From NCBI GenBank assembly GCA_963748215.1, contig CAVVHS010000006.1:736001-800000 (forward strand): a DNA stretch of 64,000 nt, written 5' to 3'. Source of the stretch: an uncultured Gammaproteobacteria bacterium. Lineage in GTDB: Bacteria > Pseudomonadota > Gammaproteobacteria > UBA9214. The notes below the pieces were generated by a model. That model saw only the letters and a program-made list of their open reading frames with translations. It was not told where the DNA came from and did no database searches. The translations under genes were made by a program, and so were the position numbers. Numbering within the stretch: the first letter of the stretch is position 1; the number at the start of each line of letters is the position of its first letter. Of this stretch, positions 9,533 through 20,323 are shown one piece after another.

Positions 9533-11398
9533 ATGAGTTACAGAACACACATTACTCTGGTCGCAGCCCTGCTGGGTCTGGTCATGGGGTCAACGGCGCA
9601 GGCGGTCTGTTCCGTGGCCGGCAATACCGCCACGCCTTTCATTGCCGGCCCGCCGAACCCCAATAACGGCTTTGCGGAATACGTGCGGGACACCGGCCCT
9701 AACAATCTTGCCCTGGAGCTGTGCCTCAGTCCGAGCCAGCCCACGCTCGATCCGATAACCGGGGCCATAATCTCGCCGGTCGGCGCCGCACCGTTCTGCT
9801 TCTTCGACCCGCCCGATCCGGCCAGTGCCTTCTCGACCCAGATCGGCTTCGGCTTCGAGGGCTTCTGGTGGCTGACCCAACCCGATACCTCGAACTTTCC
9901 CCCCGCACAAGACCCGATCGCCCTCGGCGGCGACGGCACCGGAGTTGATGCTGTCCTGGTGCTGGGCGCCGAGGCGGCCTTCCTGGGCGAGATCGTCGAT
10001 GGCGAGCAGTTCCCGTTCACCCGCCTGCGCATCCGGGTGAATGTAAACACGCCAGGTGTCTACCGCATCACCGAACCCTACGGTATACATGTCTATGAGG
10101 TTAATGCCGTGGGTCCCGGCAACGAGATCAACGACAGCTTCGATGTCGAGTTTACCCAGGGCACGATCGATGCCGCCGGCACTGTAACCGAGGCGACCAA
10201 CGATACCAATTGTGTTGGCCCCTGGCTGACCTGGGACACCTACCCGGGCGACCCGGCACTCGACATTTTCGGCCCGGGCGGTGTTCCCGGTACGGATGGC
10301 ATCGCGGACTTCATCGGTGACGGTGCCACCTCGCATGCGATCACCGGCAGTCCCACCGGCACCAACTTCTTCCGCATCGAGGCCTTCACGAACCTGGCAC
10401 AGACCATTCCGCTGAACACCCTCGACCCGGGTGACGCGGACGGCAACGGCAGTACCAGCAGTGTCGAGACCAACCTGTTTACCGTGGTCGGCAAGGTCTA
10501 CGACGGCCGCCTGGCCACACCCATGATTGCGGAACGCACCACCTATTCACGCGATGCCGCGGGAACCATCAGGCAGGTGGATGTCTTCACCGCCGGGTCC
10601 GGCACGGCACTGGTCAGCTTCACCGGCGGACCCAATGTGGGCGGACCCTTCGGACCCCTGGTGGGTAACCTGGGCGACTTCTTCGGCAGCGAGCTGCTGA
10701 ATCCGAACGCGGCGGTGATACCGCCGGTGCTGGACATCGACGCAACGGATGTTGCAACGGACCCCACCCACCTGGTGCGGCCACTGGTGGACCTGGTGAG
10801 CATCACCCGTGCGGATTTCAACATCAGTCTCGGAACCCTGACCGTGGAGGCAAGCTCGAGCGATACCCTGGTTCCGCCCACGCTGAGGCTCGTCAACCTG
10901 GATCAGACCCTGAGCGCCGGCAGTGTTGCGGTGACGCAGTCAGCAACCGGCGCACCGCTGGCGCCGCCCGGCACGGTCACCGTGACCTCGACGGCGGGCG
11001 GATCCGCCACCCGGCTGGTTGAGGTCATTTCCGACGACCAGGACGGTGACGGTGTGCTGGATGCTGTGGACAACTGCCCTGTCACCTTCAACCCGGGACA
11101 GGAGGATAGCGACGTCGGCGGGCCAGATGGTGTCGGCGATGTGTGCGACAACTGCACACTGGTTGCCAACGCCGACCAGCGTGATACCAACGGCGATGGT
11201 TTCGGCAATGTCTGCGATGCGGACTTTAACAACAATGGCATCGTGGACCCGACCGATTTCACATCCATCAAGGCTGCAATAGGCACGGTCAATCCGGATC
11301 GAGACCTGAATGGCAACGGTATCGTGGATCCAACCGATTTCACCTTTACCAAGGCCCATATCGGGCAGGCTCCGGGTCCCTCGGGACTCAACCCGTAG
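9533..11398 (+). CDS. Secreted uncharacterised protein, family A, with C-terminal TSP3/dockerin-like module
   Basis: Signal peptide (AQA), RBS GGAGA, paralogue of 8100..9512 with an added C-terminal module. Confidence 0.85.
   Translation: MSYRTHITLVAALLGLVMGSTAQAVCSVAGNTATPFIAGPPNPNNGFAEYVRDTGPNNLALELCLSPSQPTLDPITGAIISPVGAAPFCFFDPPDPASAFSTQIGFGFEGFWWLTQPDTSNFPPAQDPIALGGDGTGVDAVLVLGAEAAFLGEIVDGEQFPFTRLRIRVNVNTPGVYRITEPYGIHVYEVNAVGPGNEINDSFDVEFTQGTIDAAGTVTEATNDTNCVGPWLTWDTYPGDPALDIFGPGGVPGTDGIADFIGDGATSHAITGSPTGTNFFRIEAFTNLAQTIPLNTLDPGDADGNGSTSSVETNLFTVVGKVYDGRLATPMIAERTTYSRDAAGTIRQVDVFTAGSGTALVSFTGGPNVGGPFGPLVGNLGDFFGSELLNPNAAVIPPVLDIDATDVATDPTHLVRPLVDLVSITRADFNISLGTLTVEASSSDTLVPPTLRLVNLDQTLSAGSVAVTQSATGAPLAPPGTVTVTSTAGGSATRLVEVISDDQDGDGVLDAVDNCPVTFNPGQEDSDVGGPDGVGDVCDNCTLVANADQRDTNGDGFGNVCDADFNNNGIVDPTDFTSIKAAIGTVNPDRDLNGNGIVDPTDFTFTKAHIGQAPGPSGLNP
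11035..11398 (+). repeat. TSP3 + dockerin-like module, copy 2
   Basis: CDADFNNNGIVDPTDFTSIKAAIGTVNPDRDLNGNGIVDPTDFTFTKAHIGQAPGPS. Confidence 0.85.
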
Positions 11399-11415
11399 CC
11401 GCGGTCAGACAGCAA

Positions 11416-11447
11416 CTGGTGCAGGTCGGTGGATCAAGCCGCACCAG
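11416..11447 (+). repeat. Conserved intergenic hairpin, copy a
   Basis: CTGGTGC(AGGTCGG...)GCACCAG immediately after a tagged gene. Confidence 0.65.
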
Positions 11448-11538
11448 CGTTGGGGGACAGATGGAGCGTTTTGGCAAAGATGACGCAACTGGATATTGAT
11501 TGACTAATTGAAGTATGGGAACAGCGGAGGCACAAAAA

Positions 11539-14500
11539 ATGAAGACATACAAGGTATACGAATATGACGGTTTCAGTGTCACAAATCGTGGTACGGGACC
11601 AGTCAAACACAAACGCTGGCCGTCTGCCCTAATGACGGCGATCAGCACCCTGGCCATCGCTGGCATACTGAGCTTGACCGGCACGAATATGGCCGCTGCC
11701 GCGGTCGACGTGCCGTCGAGCCTGCCGGGCAGCCCGCTGACTGGTTTAGCTGGTCAGACAGGGCCGATATTGTCCTTCGCCCAGAAGATGCTGCGTTTCG
11801 AGGAGTTCGGCGTGCATCCGTTGCCGGCACCCGGCACAACAGCACAAAAGAACTTTCCGTTGCCGGTGGCCACCGCCACACAGCCCGACCCTTGTCGCTC
11901 CAGGCCAGATGCCCTGAACATGGATGCCTTCCTTGATGCGCCGATATGGCCTGATCCGACTGCGCAGGCCAACCTCAGTGAGAATCCGTGGCACACGCTG
12001 ATTGCCCCCTGTGTGGGACTCGATCCAGTGACGTTCACCGGTGTCATGGAAGGGCGTCCGCCGGGCATTAGCTTCGCCCACCAGCGCTGGGACGAGTTCA
12101 AGCCCGTGATATATTTCGAAACCGCCCAAGGCGGGGCGCGGCCAGGTACCGGCAGACTTGATGACGAGCAGAGCCACAACTACTCGGTAGGTGAGTTTGC
12201 GCCGGGGGGGCTGTACCACGACACCACGGGCGGTGGCACGAACGGCACGACCGCCGGTATCGATATCAGATTCCACCCGAACATGCCGATCCAGGAGCCG
12301 CTGACCCTGTGGACCTTCGGTGACGGTACTCTGCCGCCGAAGCTGTTGCGGACCCGTTACGCCCAGCCTATCCTGATGCGCCACTATAACGCGCTGCCGA
12401 TCGATGCCACTGCCAACAACAACTTCGGTGAGCACACCATCACCACCCACGAGCACAACGGCCACAACCCGGGCGAGGTCGACGGCTTTGCCGGCGCCTA
12501 TTTCTTCCCCGGCCAGTTCTACGACTACCGCTGGCCGATGACGCTGGCCGGCTATGACAGCATCAATACCGATGCGTCGGATCCGCGTGCCGCCACCCCG
12601 TGCTCGCCGGGCGAGGTGCTGATGATTTCCAATCCCATCACCCACGTGCCCGAGCCCAAGACCTGCGATCCCACCACCCTCACCGTCAGAATCCCGGGTG
12701 ACTGGCGCGAGACCATGAGCACCCACTGGTTCCACGATCACATGATCGACCGCACCTCGGAGAACGTCTACAAGGGCAACGCGGCAATGATGAACTATTA
12801 CAGTGGTATCGACCGCGGCAAGGAAGGCTTCCTGTGCGATTACGATGACACCCCCGCCCAGGACAACATCAACCTGTGCTTCCCCAGCGGCACCGCGCTG
12901 GACTGGGGTAACCGCGACTATGACATCCAGCTGCTGGTTGCCGCCAAGGCCTGGGCCCCGGTGACCGGTCAGCTGGACATGGCGGGTGGCCTGAATGAGG
13001 ACGGCTTTCTGGGCGACCGGATGACGGTTAACTGGCTGTACGAACCGTACCTGGATGTACGTGCCCGCAAATACCGCTTCCGCATCCTCAACGGCGCCGT
13101 GGCGCGCTTCTTCAAGATCGCCCTCGTGGAGCAGGTGGCCGGAAACGGCGGTGAGTTCCCCGGCCCGGCCGGTTCGAACGTGTCCTATAACCAGGTTTCG
13201 TTCCACATGATCGCCAACGACGGCAACATCCTGGAGCACGCGGTGCCGTTCCCCAATGCGTCCTCGCCTGAGGGCTTGCCGATCCAGTCCATTGCCGAGC
13301 GCTTTGACATCATCGTCGACTTCAGCCAGTTCGCAGTGGGTACCAGGCTGTACCTGGTCAACACCCTGGCGCTTCGATGACGGCCGGGGTCCCAAGGAGG
13401 TCGTCCCGCTGGCTGACATCCTCAGTGGAGCCTATGCGCCCGTGCTTGATCCCCTCCCCTGTATCGACAGCTGCTGGTCGCATGACCCGGTCGTAAAACG
13501 CTTCATGGAGTTCCGGGTGCAGGCGCCTGTCGGTCCCGATCTGAGCATGAATCCGGCCGACTACGAGGTGGGTGGGAAAACGATGATCCCGCTGGTGCAG
13601 TTCACCCAGGCAGAGCTCGACTCGGCCATCCACCGCACCTTCCATTTCGGTCGTGGCGGCTTCCCCGGTCTCGCGGCAACCGACGGTCGTCCCACACCAT
13701 GGGGTATTGTCACCGACGATGAAATCGCGGCCACCACGCCCGATGGCTGTGTCGCTGACCCCGGTGAGATCCTGTGCACGCGCAATGCGGACATCAACCG
13801 TGTCTCGGCCGCCCCGGAGACCATCGGGGGTGGCGTGGAGATCTGGCATATCACCGGTGGCGGTGGCTGGGGTCATCCGGTGCATGTCCACTTCGAGGAG
13901 GGCCAGTACCTGGCGCGTGATGGTGCGCTTCCGCCCCCGTGGGAGGTGGGTGCGCGCAAGGACATGTACCGTATTTCGGGTCTGAATGACCCGAGCAGTA
14001 GCCAGACGATCGATGTCGTGATCCGCTTCCGCGAGTTCGCCGGTACCTTTGTGGAGCACTGTCACAACACCACGCACGAGGACAAGGCCATGCTGTTGCG
14101 CTGGGACAACGAACTGCCGGGGCAGACGGTGCGTATCCCGACACCGCTTCCGACCTGGGAAGGCGTCGGCTACATCAGCGCGACCAATCCGGACCCGCAT
14201 ACCGGGGAAACCGCGGTTCTCGAGCTGGCGACCATCAAGACCGGCAATGTTGCGGTGGCGACGCTCTCCGACCTGGATGGCGACCTGGTCCTCGATACGG
14301 TAGACAACTGTGTGCTGGCTGCCAACCCGGGTCAGGCGGATGGCGATGGTGATGGCGTGGGCGATGCCTGCGACAACTGCACCCTTGTCGCCAACGCCAA
14401 CCAGCGGGATACCGACGCGGATGGTTTCGGCAATGTCTGCGATGGCGACTTCAACAACAACGGTCGCCTCGGGAACGGGATCGTGGACCCGACGGATTTC

Positions 14501-14689
14501 ACCCTGCTGAAATCACGCATTGGTGTACCGCCGATCCAGAGTCCTTTGCCTCCAGTCGGTAGCGGGATACTTCAACCCGTCGCGCCGAGTCAGGACCTGA
14601 ACGGTAATGGCATTGTGGATCCGACTGATTTCACCCTGCTGAAATCGCTCATTGGTTCACAACCGGGCCCCTCGGCGTTAGTCCCGTAG
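11539..14689 (+). CDS. mcoA: McoA-like multicopper oxidase with C-terminal TSP3/dockerin-like module; one frameshift near 13372 (ORFs 11515..13380 and 13256..14689)
   Basis: All four Cu motifs are present across the two frames: THEHNGH, HWFHDH, HPVHVH, HCHNTTHEDKAM. Removing one base at about 13372 (gcg-C-ttc) gives the continuous NTLAFDDGRGP. RBS GGAGG before ATG 11539. Followed by an SCO-cytochrome c gene, as for Pseudomonas mcoA. Confidence 0.8.
14270..14689 (+). repeat. TSP3 + dockerin-like module, copy 3 (with insertions)
   Basis: CDGDFNNNGRLGNGIVDPTDFTLLKSRIG...QDLNGNGIVDPTDFTLLKSLIGSQPGPS. Confidence 0.85.
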
Positions 14690-14712
14690 GCAAGGGACGT
14701 GCGCAGACCGGC

Positions 14713-14746
14713 GCTGGTGCAGGTCGATGGCTTGACCTGCACCAGC
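14713..14746 (+). repeat. Conserved intergenic hairpin, copy b
   Basis: GCTGGTGCAGGTC...GACCTGCACCAGC, 13-bp perfect stem, no U-tract. Confidence 0.8.
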
Positions 14747-14942
14747 ACGACGGGGCGAAATCATGGGCTGTCAGTGGTAATGGTGCCACTGACAGCACGA
14801 GTGGCACCTGCAAAGAACCGCAGGGGGATGATTGCTCACAGGACCCATACGTCAATGGCAAACCACTCGACATAAATCACAAGATCGTCTTGATATAATG
14901 AATCCCGAGGGTCTGAACTGATCTGTTACCGGTAAGTTTAAT

Positions 14943-16052
14943 ATGAGGCTGCTTATGAGTTGTATCCGTTTCACCGCAAACCCTGGGGGCGCTATCGCCG
15001 CCGCTCTCCTGCTCTTTTCCACCCTTTCACTGTTGGCTGCCAATCCAGCCGGCGCGGCGCCGCAGCAGCAGTTTCCCAATGTCCCCCTGACAAACCAGGA
15101 CGGCGAGACGCTGCACTTCTACGATGACGTTATCAAGGGCAAGGTGGTGTCCATTAATTTCATGTTCACGAGTTGTGGAGACTCCTGCCCGCTGGAGACA
15201 GCCAAGCTGCGCAAGGTTCAGCAGCAGCTCGGCGAGCATGCCGGGAAAGACGTCTACATGTATTCCATTACCGTCGACCCCGACCGCGACACGCCGGCGG
15301 CACTCAAGGCGTACATGCAAAAATTCAACATCGGCCCCGGCTGGCAGTTCCTGACGGGAAAGAAGGCAGACATCGATCAGATACGTAAAAGGCTGGGCAT
15401 GTACAGTGAAGAAGCGGATGAGCTCAGCGATCACGCAATCAACTTCGTGCTGGGCAATGAGGCGACCGGACAGTGGTTGAGGCGTACCCCCTTTGATCTG
15501 CCCGAAACACTGGTTTCCGTACTGCTTGGCCGCCTGCAACAGTACCGGCTGGCTTCGTCAGCGGCTGCAGCAAGACCGAGCTATGCGCTGAGCCGCCCCA
15601 TGCCGGCTGCACGCCCGGGTGAGGATCTGTTCAATACGCGCTGCACGGCCTGCCATACCATCGGCCAGGGCGATAAACTGGGCCCGGATCTGCTGGGTGT
15701 TGTCAGTAAACGGGACCGTCAATGGCTGATCCGCTGGCTGCAGGAACCCGATGTGATGCTGAAGGAAAAAGATCCCCTGGCAACAGCGCTCTACAACCAG
15801 TATGGCAAGGTGCCGATGCCGAATGTGAAGCTGACTGACAAGAATGCGCTTGATCTGATCGAGTACATGCAGGCGGAGACCCTGCGTGTGAACGCACTAT
15901 CCGAGGATACGCCCGCGCAAGCAGACAGCCTGGAAAGCATCGACACGACAGAACCGGCAGTCCGCACAGACGGGAGTCCGCCTCCGGGCAACGAGATACC
16001 GCAGGAACAGGCGCGGGCGGATTCCGCACCGGTAAAGGAGATTAGCAATTAA
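14943..16052 (+). CDS. SCO1/SenC copper chaperone fused to a c-type cytochrome
   Basis: FTSCGDSCP (CxxxC), YSITVDPDRDTP, conserved His (SDH); CTACH heme motif with distal Met (VPMP). Confidence 0.92.
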   Translation: MRLLMSCIRFTANPGGAIAAALLLFSTLSLLAANPAGAAPQQQFPNVPLTNQDGETLHFYDDVIKGKVVSINFMFTSCGDSCPLETAKLRKVQQQLGEHAGKDVYMYSITVDPDRDTPAALKAYMQKFNIGPGWQFLTGKKADIDQIRKRLGMYSEEADELSDHAINFVLGNEATGQWLRRTPFDLPETLVSVLLGRLQQYRLASSAAAARPSYALSRPMPAARPGEDLFNTRCTACHTIGQGDKLGPDLLGVVSKRDRQWLIRWLQEPDVMLKEKDPLATALYNQYGKVPMPNVKLTDKNALDLIEYMQAETLRVNALSEDTPAQADSLESIDTTEPAVRTDGSPPPGNEIPQEQARADSAPVKEISN

Positions 16053-16082
16053 AGAGGCTCACTATAGCGGGAGGATAATAAT

Positions 16083-16817
16083 ATGAAAAACCGCTCAAAC
16101 AACGCGAGATTAACCACGTCCGTTTTCGCCATGCTTTGCCTGTTACTGCCCGGCGCGGCCCGGGCAATCAGCGTCGGCCAGATCGATAACTTCGAAGACG
16201 GCACGCTTCAGGGCTGGCGGATGGGCATAACCACGGTCACGAAAAGCCATATGGCAAACATCGCCACTGGCGGGCCCGCCGGGACCGGCGACAGCTTCCT
16301 TCAGGTTATCGCGGACGGAACGGCCGTTCAGGGTGGAAGGATGACCTTCTTCAACAAGACCCAGTGGACGGGTAATTACACCGCAGCGGGGATCACTGCC
16401 ATCACCATGGACCTGAAGAATATCAGCTCCAGTGAAGCCCTGAATCTGCGACTGGCGATCGATGGCGGTACCTATACCACCAGCATTGATTTTATCGGGG
16501 GCAAATTTTCCACCGCGGCCAGCATCAGCCTGGACAGCGGCAGTGACTGGACGCGGGTCGTGTTCTCATTGCTGCCCGGCGATCTGATCCCCGTCTGTAG
16601 CCCTGGTCCTATCTGCAGCCTGGGCAACGATGTCCAGGCCACACTGGCCAACGTGCGGGAATTGCGGCTACTGAACAGTACAAACCCCGACTGGAACGGG
16701 CTCCCGGTTGCCGGAAAACTGGGTATCGACAACATCCAGGCGGTACCGCTACCGCCGGCTCTTGCACTGTTCGGTTCGGGACTCGTTGTACTCCTGACAG
16801 GACGGCGCAAACAATAA
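16083..16817 (+). CDS. VPLPA-CTERM (PEP-CTERM-like) surface protein
   Basis: Signal peptide (ARA); C-terminal VPLPPALALFGSGLVVLLTGRRKQ, i.e. sorting motif, TM helix and basic tail. Confidence 0.85.
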   Translation: MKNRSNNARLTTSVFAMLCLLLPGAARAISVGQIDNFEDGTLQGWRMGITTVTKSHMANIATGGPAGTGDSFLQVIADGTAVQGGRMTFFNKTQWTGNYTAAGITAITMDLKNISSSEALNLRLAIDGGTYTTSIDFIGGKFSTAASISLDSGSDWTRVVFSLLPGDLIPVCSPGPICSLGNDVQATLANVRELRLLNSTNPDWNGLPVAGKLGIDNIQAVPLPPALALFGSGLVVLLTGRRKQ

Positions 16818-16835
16818 TATTCAGACATAATAGCA

Positions 16836-16860
16836 GCCAGCTGATCAGCTGGTCTTTTTT
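16836..16860 (+). terminator. Probable intrinsic terminator
   Basis: CCAGCTG-AT-CAGCTGG followed by TCTTTTTT. Confidence 0.55.
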
Positions 16861-16890
16861 ATGAGTATCAGCAACAGGGATCCGAGCACA

Positions 16891-17409
16891 ATGAAATATC
16901 ATGTCGTAGTATTTGTTTCACTCATTGCGTTACCGTCTATTTTCACCAGTTGCTTTGGTCACGAGAATCCGGGTGCACCCGAGAGCTGTAAATGCTTCCG
17001 CGGAGATTAAGCAGCCGACTGAAGCAAAGACTGCAACTGATAGCCAGGAGGTTCAGCAGCCGACGCAGCCAGGAGACAATGCTAGCCCGGAGGTTCAGCA
17101 GCCGAGCACAGCCAAGGCAGCAAATGATAATCCAAAGCTTGAGAAGCCGGCTGAAACCGAGGCAATGGAAGCTGCCATAGCGTACCTGAACCATGATGGA
17201 CAAATGACTATAAAAAAGTCAGAGTTTATCGCATGGGGTACGTATAGTGAAAAAATGGTCGTACTGGCCAGATGAAATTGCGTTTGACCTATAAAACCAA
17301 GGGATCTGATAAGACAAGGCAGAATGAATATGCTGTGAAGATCTCCAAAGACAGCGACGGTAAATGGATAGCCACACAGTATTGGGCGTGGAGAACCGAC
17401 TTCAAATAA
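16891..17409 (+). pseudogene. Lower-GC putative lipoprotein gene with about two frameshifts
   Basis: MKYHVVVFVSLIALPSIFTSC (lipobox-like) from 16891; the middle lies in ORF 16913..17275 (EVQQP repeats); the tail MKLRLTYKTKGSDKTRQNEYAVKISKDSDGKWIATQYWAWRTDFK* ends at 17409. One break is in an A6 run near 17252. Confidence 0.55.
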
Positions 17410-17450
17410 CGACACGTGGCTGATTTTTTGCGACAGCAACATATTTAATG

Positions 17451-18362
17451 GGACTTCCCCTGATTGATCGGGTAACACATCAATTTAGACGAGACGCATT
17501 CCTTCTGATGGCAAGGTTGTTGGCCGAATGAATTCGGCCAACAACGGCAATCTACCCACTCGATTTGGGGAAGAGCCGATTAATTAACTCATCGTCATCC
17601 CGGCGCATGCCGGGATCCAGATTTTTCAATAACCTGGATGCCGGCCTTCACCGGCATGACGAATTAATCAGAGATTCCCTTGTTTTTTCCGTGTTCTTCC
17701 GTGGCCATTTATCTTTTCACGCTTCACGTCTCACGTCTCACCCGTCGTTGCCCAGGTTGCGCAGGCGATCGATACACAGGTGTAGGGTGCATTCCGTGCA
17801 CCATCGCCGGTGCGTAAAACGCACCCTACGTCACGTTATGAATTCTTGGGAACCTCTGATTAATTGGATCTTCCCCTGATTGAGTGGGTAACACATCAAT
17901 TTAGACGAGACGCATTGCTTCTGATGGCAAGGCTGTTGGCCGAATGAATCCGGACCTGCTCAATCAGACCTAGGGTCGAATTCATTCGACCAGTGGTAGT
18001 TCATCCGAGCAGACGCGCTGCACTGATCACCGAAAACAAAGGATGACGACCGGGGGTAACCGTGGTGATGCAACGGAGATCGACCCGCATGATTTGGGGA
18101 AGAGCCTAAAATATAGACAACAACCTGTTTTATATCCCCTCTTCCCGCCCTTCTCCCGGAGAGACAAGGAATGCTTTGTTTCCGGATAGCATTATGGAAG
18201 CGCTGATTAATTCAATGCTCGTCATTCCGGCGCAGAGCCTGCCCCTGCGAAGGCAGGGGCCGGAATCCAGGAACGGCCTGAATTGTAACACCTGGATTCC
18301 GGGTCTCCCCCCGGATCAAGTCCGGGGTTCGCCCGGAATGACGGGTTAATCAGAGCTACATT
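17451..18362. mobile_element. Nest of MITE/REP-like elements
   Basis: 84-bp direct repeat (17454-17537 and 17870-17953, about 5 mismatches). Each copy starts GG(A/AT)CTTCCCCTGAT and is closed by GATTTGGGGAAGAGCC (17562, 18091), an imperfect inverted repeat. Also CGTCAT(C/T)CCGGCGCA...ATGACG palindromic elements (about 17594-17661 and 18220-18343) and a GTAG-type REP pair GTAGGGTGC...GCACCCTAC (about 17782-17829). No transposase. Confidence 0.7.
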
Positions 18363-18454
18363 AATATGCTACTGAATATCATTTGCATGCACACTGATCC
18401 GCCGCCTGACGGCGGAGAGCTTACAGATCCCCTATACGGGGACTCTGGAACACC

Positions 18455-19147
18455 ATGAGATTCATCGTACCCGCTGGCGCACTCACGTCTTCCCTCGCCC
18501 TGCTCCAGTCCGGCGCGGCCCGGGCGAACAGCGCAGGTCAGATCGACAGCTTCGGAAACGACACAGTACAGGGCTGGAATATAGGCTTAACCACACTCAC
18601 AACCCGCCATATGACAAACATCGCCGATGGCGGACCGGCGGGACGGCGACAACTTCCTGCAGGTGGTCGTAGACGGAACGAGTGTTCAGGGCGGAAGGCT
18701 GACCTTCTTCAACCGGTTGCAGTGGACGGGTGATTACACCACGGCGGGTGTCACCGCAATCGACTTGGAACTGAAAAATTTGGGCGTCTGTTAAACCTGG
18801 ATCTGCAGCTGGCGAACAATGTCGACACTATCGGTGGTGTGTTTGCCACTTCGGCCAGCATCAGCCTGGACACTGGCAGTGGCTGGACACGGGTCGTGTT
18901 CTCATTGCTGCCCGGTGATCGGATCCCTGCCAGTGGCGACATTGGCGGTAACACCGATGACATCGATGTCCAGGCAGCTCTTGCCAACGTGCTGGAATTG
19001 CGGCTACTGAACAGCGTAACCCGCGGCTGGAACGGGCTCCCGGTTAACGGCACCCTGGGTATCGGCAATATCCGGGCGGTACCGCTGCCGTCATCCCGGG
19101 CACTGTTGGGCTCGGGACTGCCTGCACTGTGCACCATGCCGCGCTGA
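18455..19147 (+). pseudogene. Degenerate third copy of the VPLPA-CTERM gene
   Basis: Colinear with 16083..16817 and 28215..28982 (GQIDSF..GW, GGPAG, FFNRLQWTGDYT, SGWTRVVFSLLPGD, VPLP), with frameshifts near 18640 and 18785 and an eroded TM segment. Confidence 0.75.
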
Positions 19148-19444
19148 CAAGCGCGGCATGGCGGCTTCCCACCAGGCTCAAGGGGCCGTGGTACCCGGTA
19201 AAATCTGTATAAATTTCTGGTCAGTGACAGGTCACTAACTCATTGATATGTCGATATTTTGACTCAAATTCGTCGTAATTTCTTACGTTTATTACAGGCC
19301 ACATTAACACCGCGAATTTTTTAACATATTGTATACGTTATTAATTTTAATTTTTGATGGTGAGATCCACGCATCGACATGTCCAAAAACATTACAACAC
19401 AGCATCAATATCCAGCCTAAACAAAAATCTATTTAACATATTTC

Positions 19445-19457
19445 AATCAACTAATTG
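19445..19457 (+). promoter_or_regulatory. IHF-binding site consensus
   Basis: AATCAA-CTAA-TTG matches WATCAANNNNTTR, just upstream of a sigma54 promoter. Confidence 0.5.
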
Positions 19458-19479
19458 AATATTATGTGAATAATATAAT

Positions 19480-19495
19480 TGGCACGACAATTGCC
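19480..19495 (+). promoter_or_regulatory. sigma54 -24/-12 promoter
   Basis: TGGCAC-GACAA-TTGCC. Confidence 0.8.
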
Positions 19496-20323
19496 TTGAT
19501 TACTACATAAAGGTGCTATCTAAGGTGCCCGGTCAGACGGCTCAGACAAGATTCGGTCCGGCACACTAATAATTAAGCGACGCCCACTAAGTTGATAGCA
19601 GAGCGTCGCATAAGGGGATTACCATGGGGGTAACACCTGCATCAGGTGTAACGTGCCCGCAGTTGATACGCCAGTCGATCGAGCCTTCAGTTTGCGAGCT
19701 ACCTGCTATCACACACTTCGGGCCACTAAACGCCCGGCAATCCTGTCACATCCCCGCTGTAATACCAATACGGAAGTCCAGATCCACGCCGCTGCCCAAT
19801 ACAGCGCCTGGTTTCATGCTTGGTGACAAACTCACACGCCCCCCTGTTCCATGAATGGCCGCGTACTGCAGAGGACAGCCACCGGCCTCATCGGGCCTCA
19901 ACCCGGCCCCGTAACGACAGGCAGTTTAAAACCCCGGGCGCAGGACAGGGAGGACCTGCAGGCAAGGGAAGACAGAAGCAGGATGTGTAGTTGGAAAGGC
20001 GCAGCGTAAGGGTTTAGGGGAGGCTGCGAAACAAACAGGGCACAGGCTGTCGCAACAGCGCTGGACTCAATAACAACACCGGGATTTAAATCCCGATTGA
20101 ATAATAACAGGGGAGATAACAATGAAACGTTCCAGATCCGGGCTGTTACCCAGTACCTTGCAGTACCTTGCCGTGTGGCCTGACTCCACTGGCCAGGTTC
20201 CCACTCGCCATACACGACACAGGGCAGTGCAACAGAACGGTTGCGTATAAATCCGGACACGACCCCGTCCCGGCACCCATCGGACTAATGCACATCGGTA
20301 GTACACATTAAGAGGATAACGGT

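Noticed and set aside
13360-13385. Programmed ribosomal frameshifting in the mcoA-like gene (also near 32325)
   Set aside because: No slippery heptamer or evident stimulatory structure; a simple indel is more parsimonious.
14850-14940. GGCAAACC as the start of a c-di-GMP-I riboswitch
   Set aside because: The downstream GAAA tetraloop, GACGCAAAG and P1 pairing are not present.
17454-17953. Direct repeats as a possible CRISPR array
   Set aside because: Only two 84-bp copies with a 330-bp gap, no regular spacers and no cas genes.
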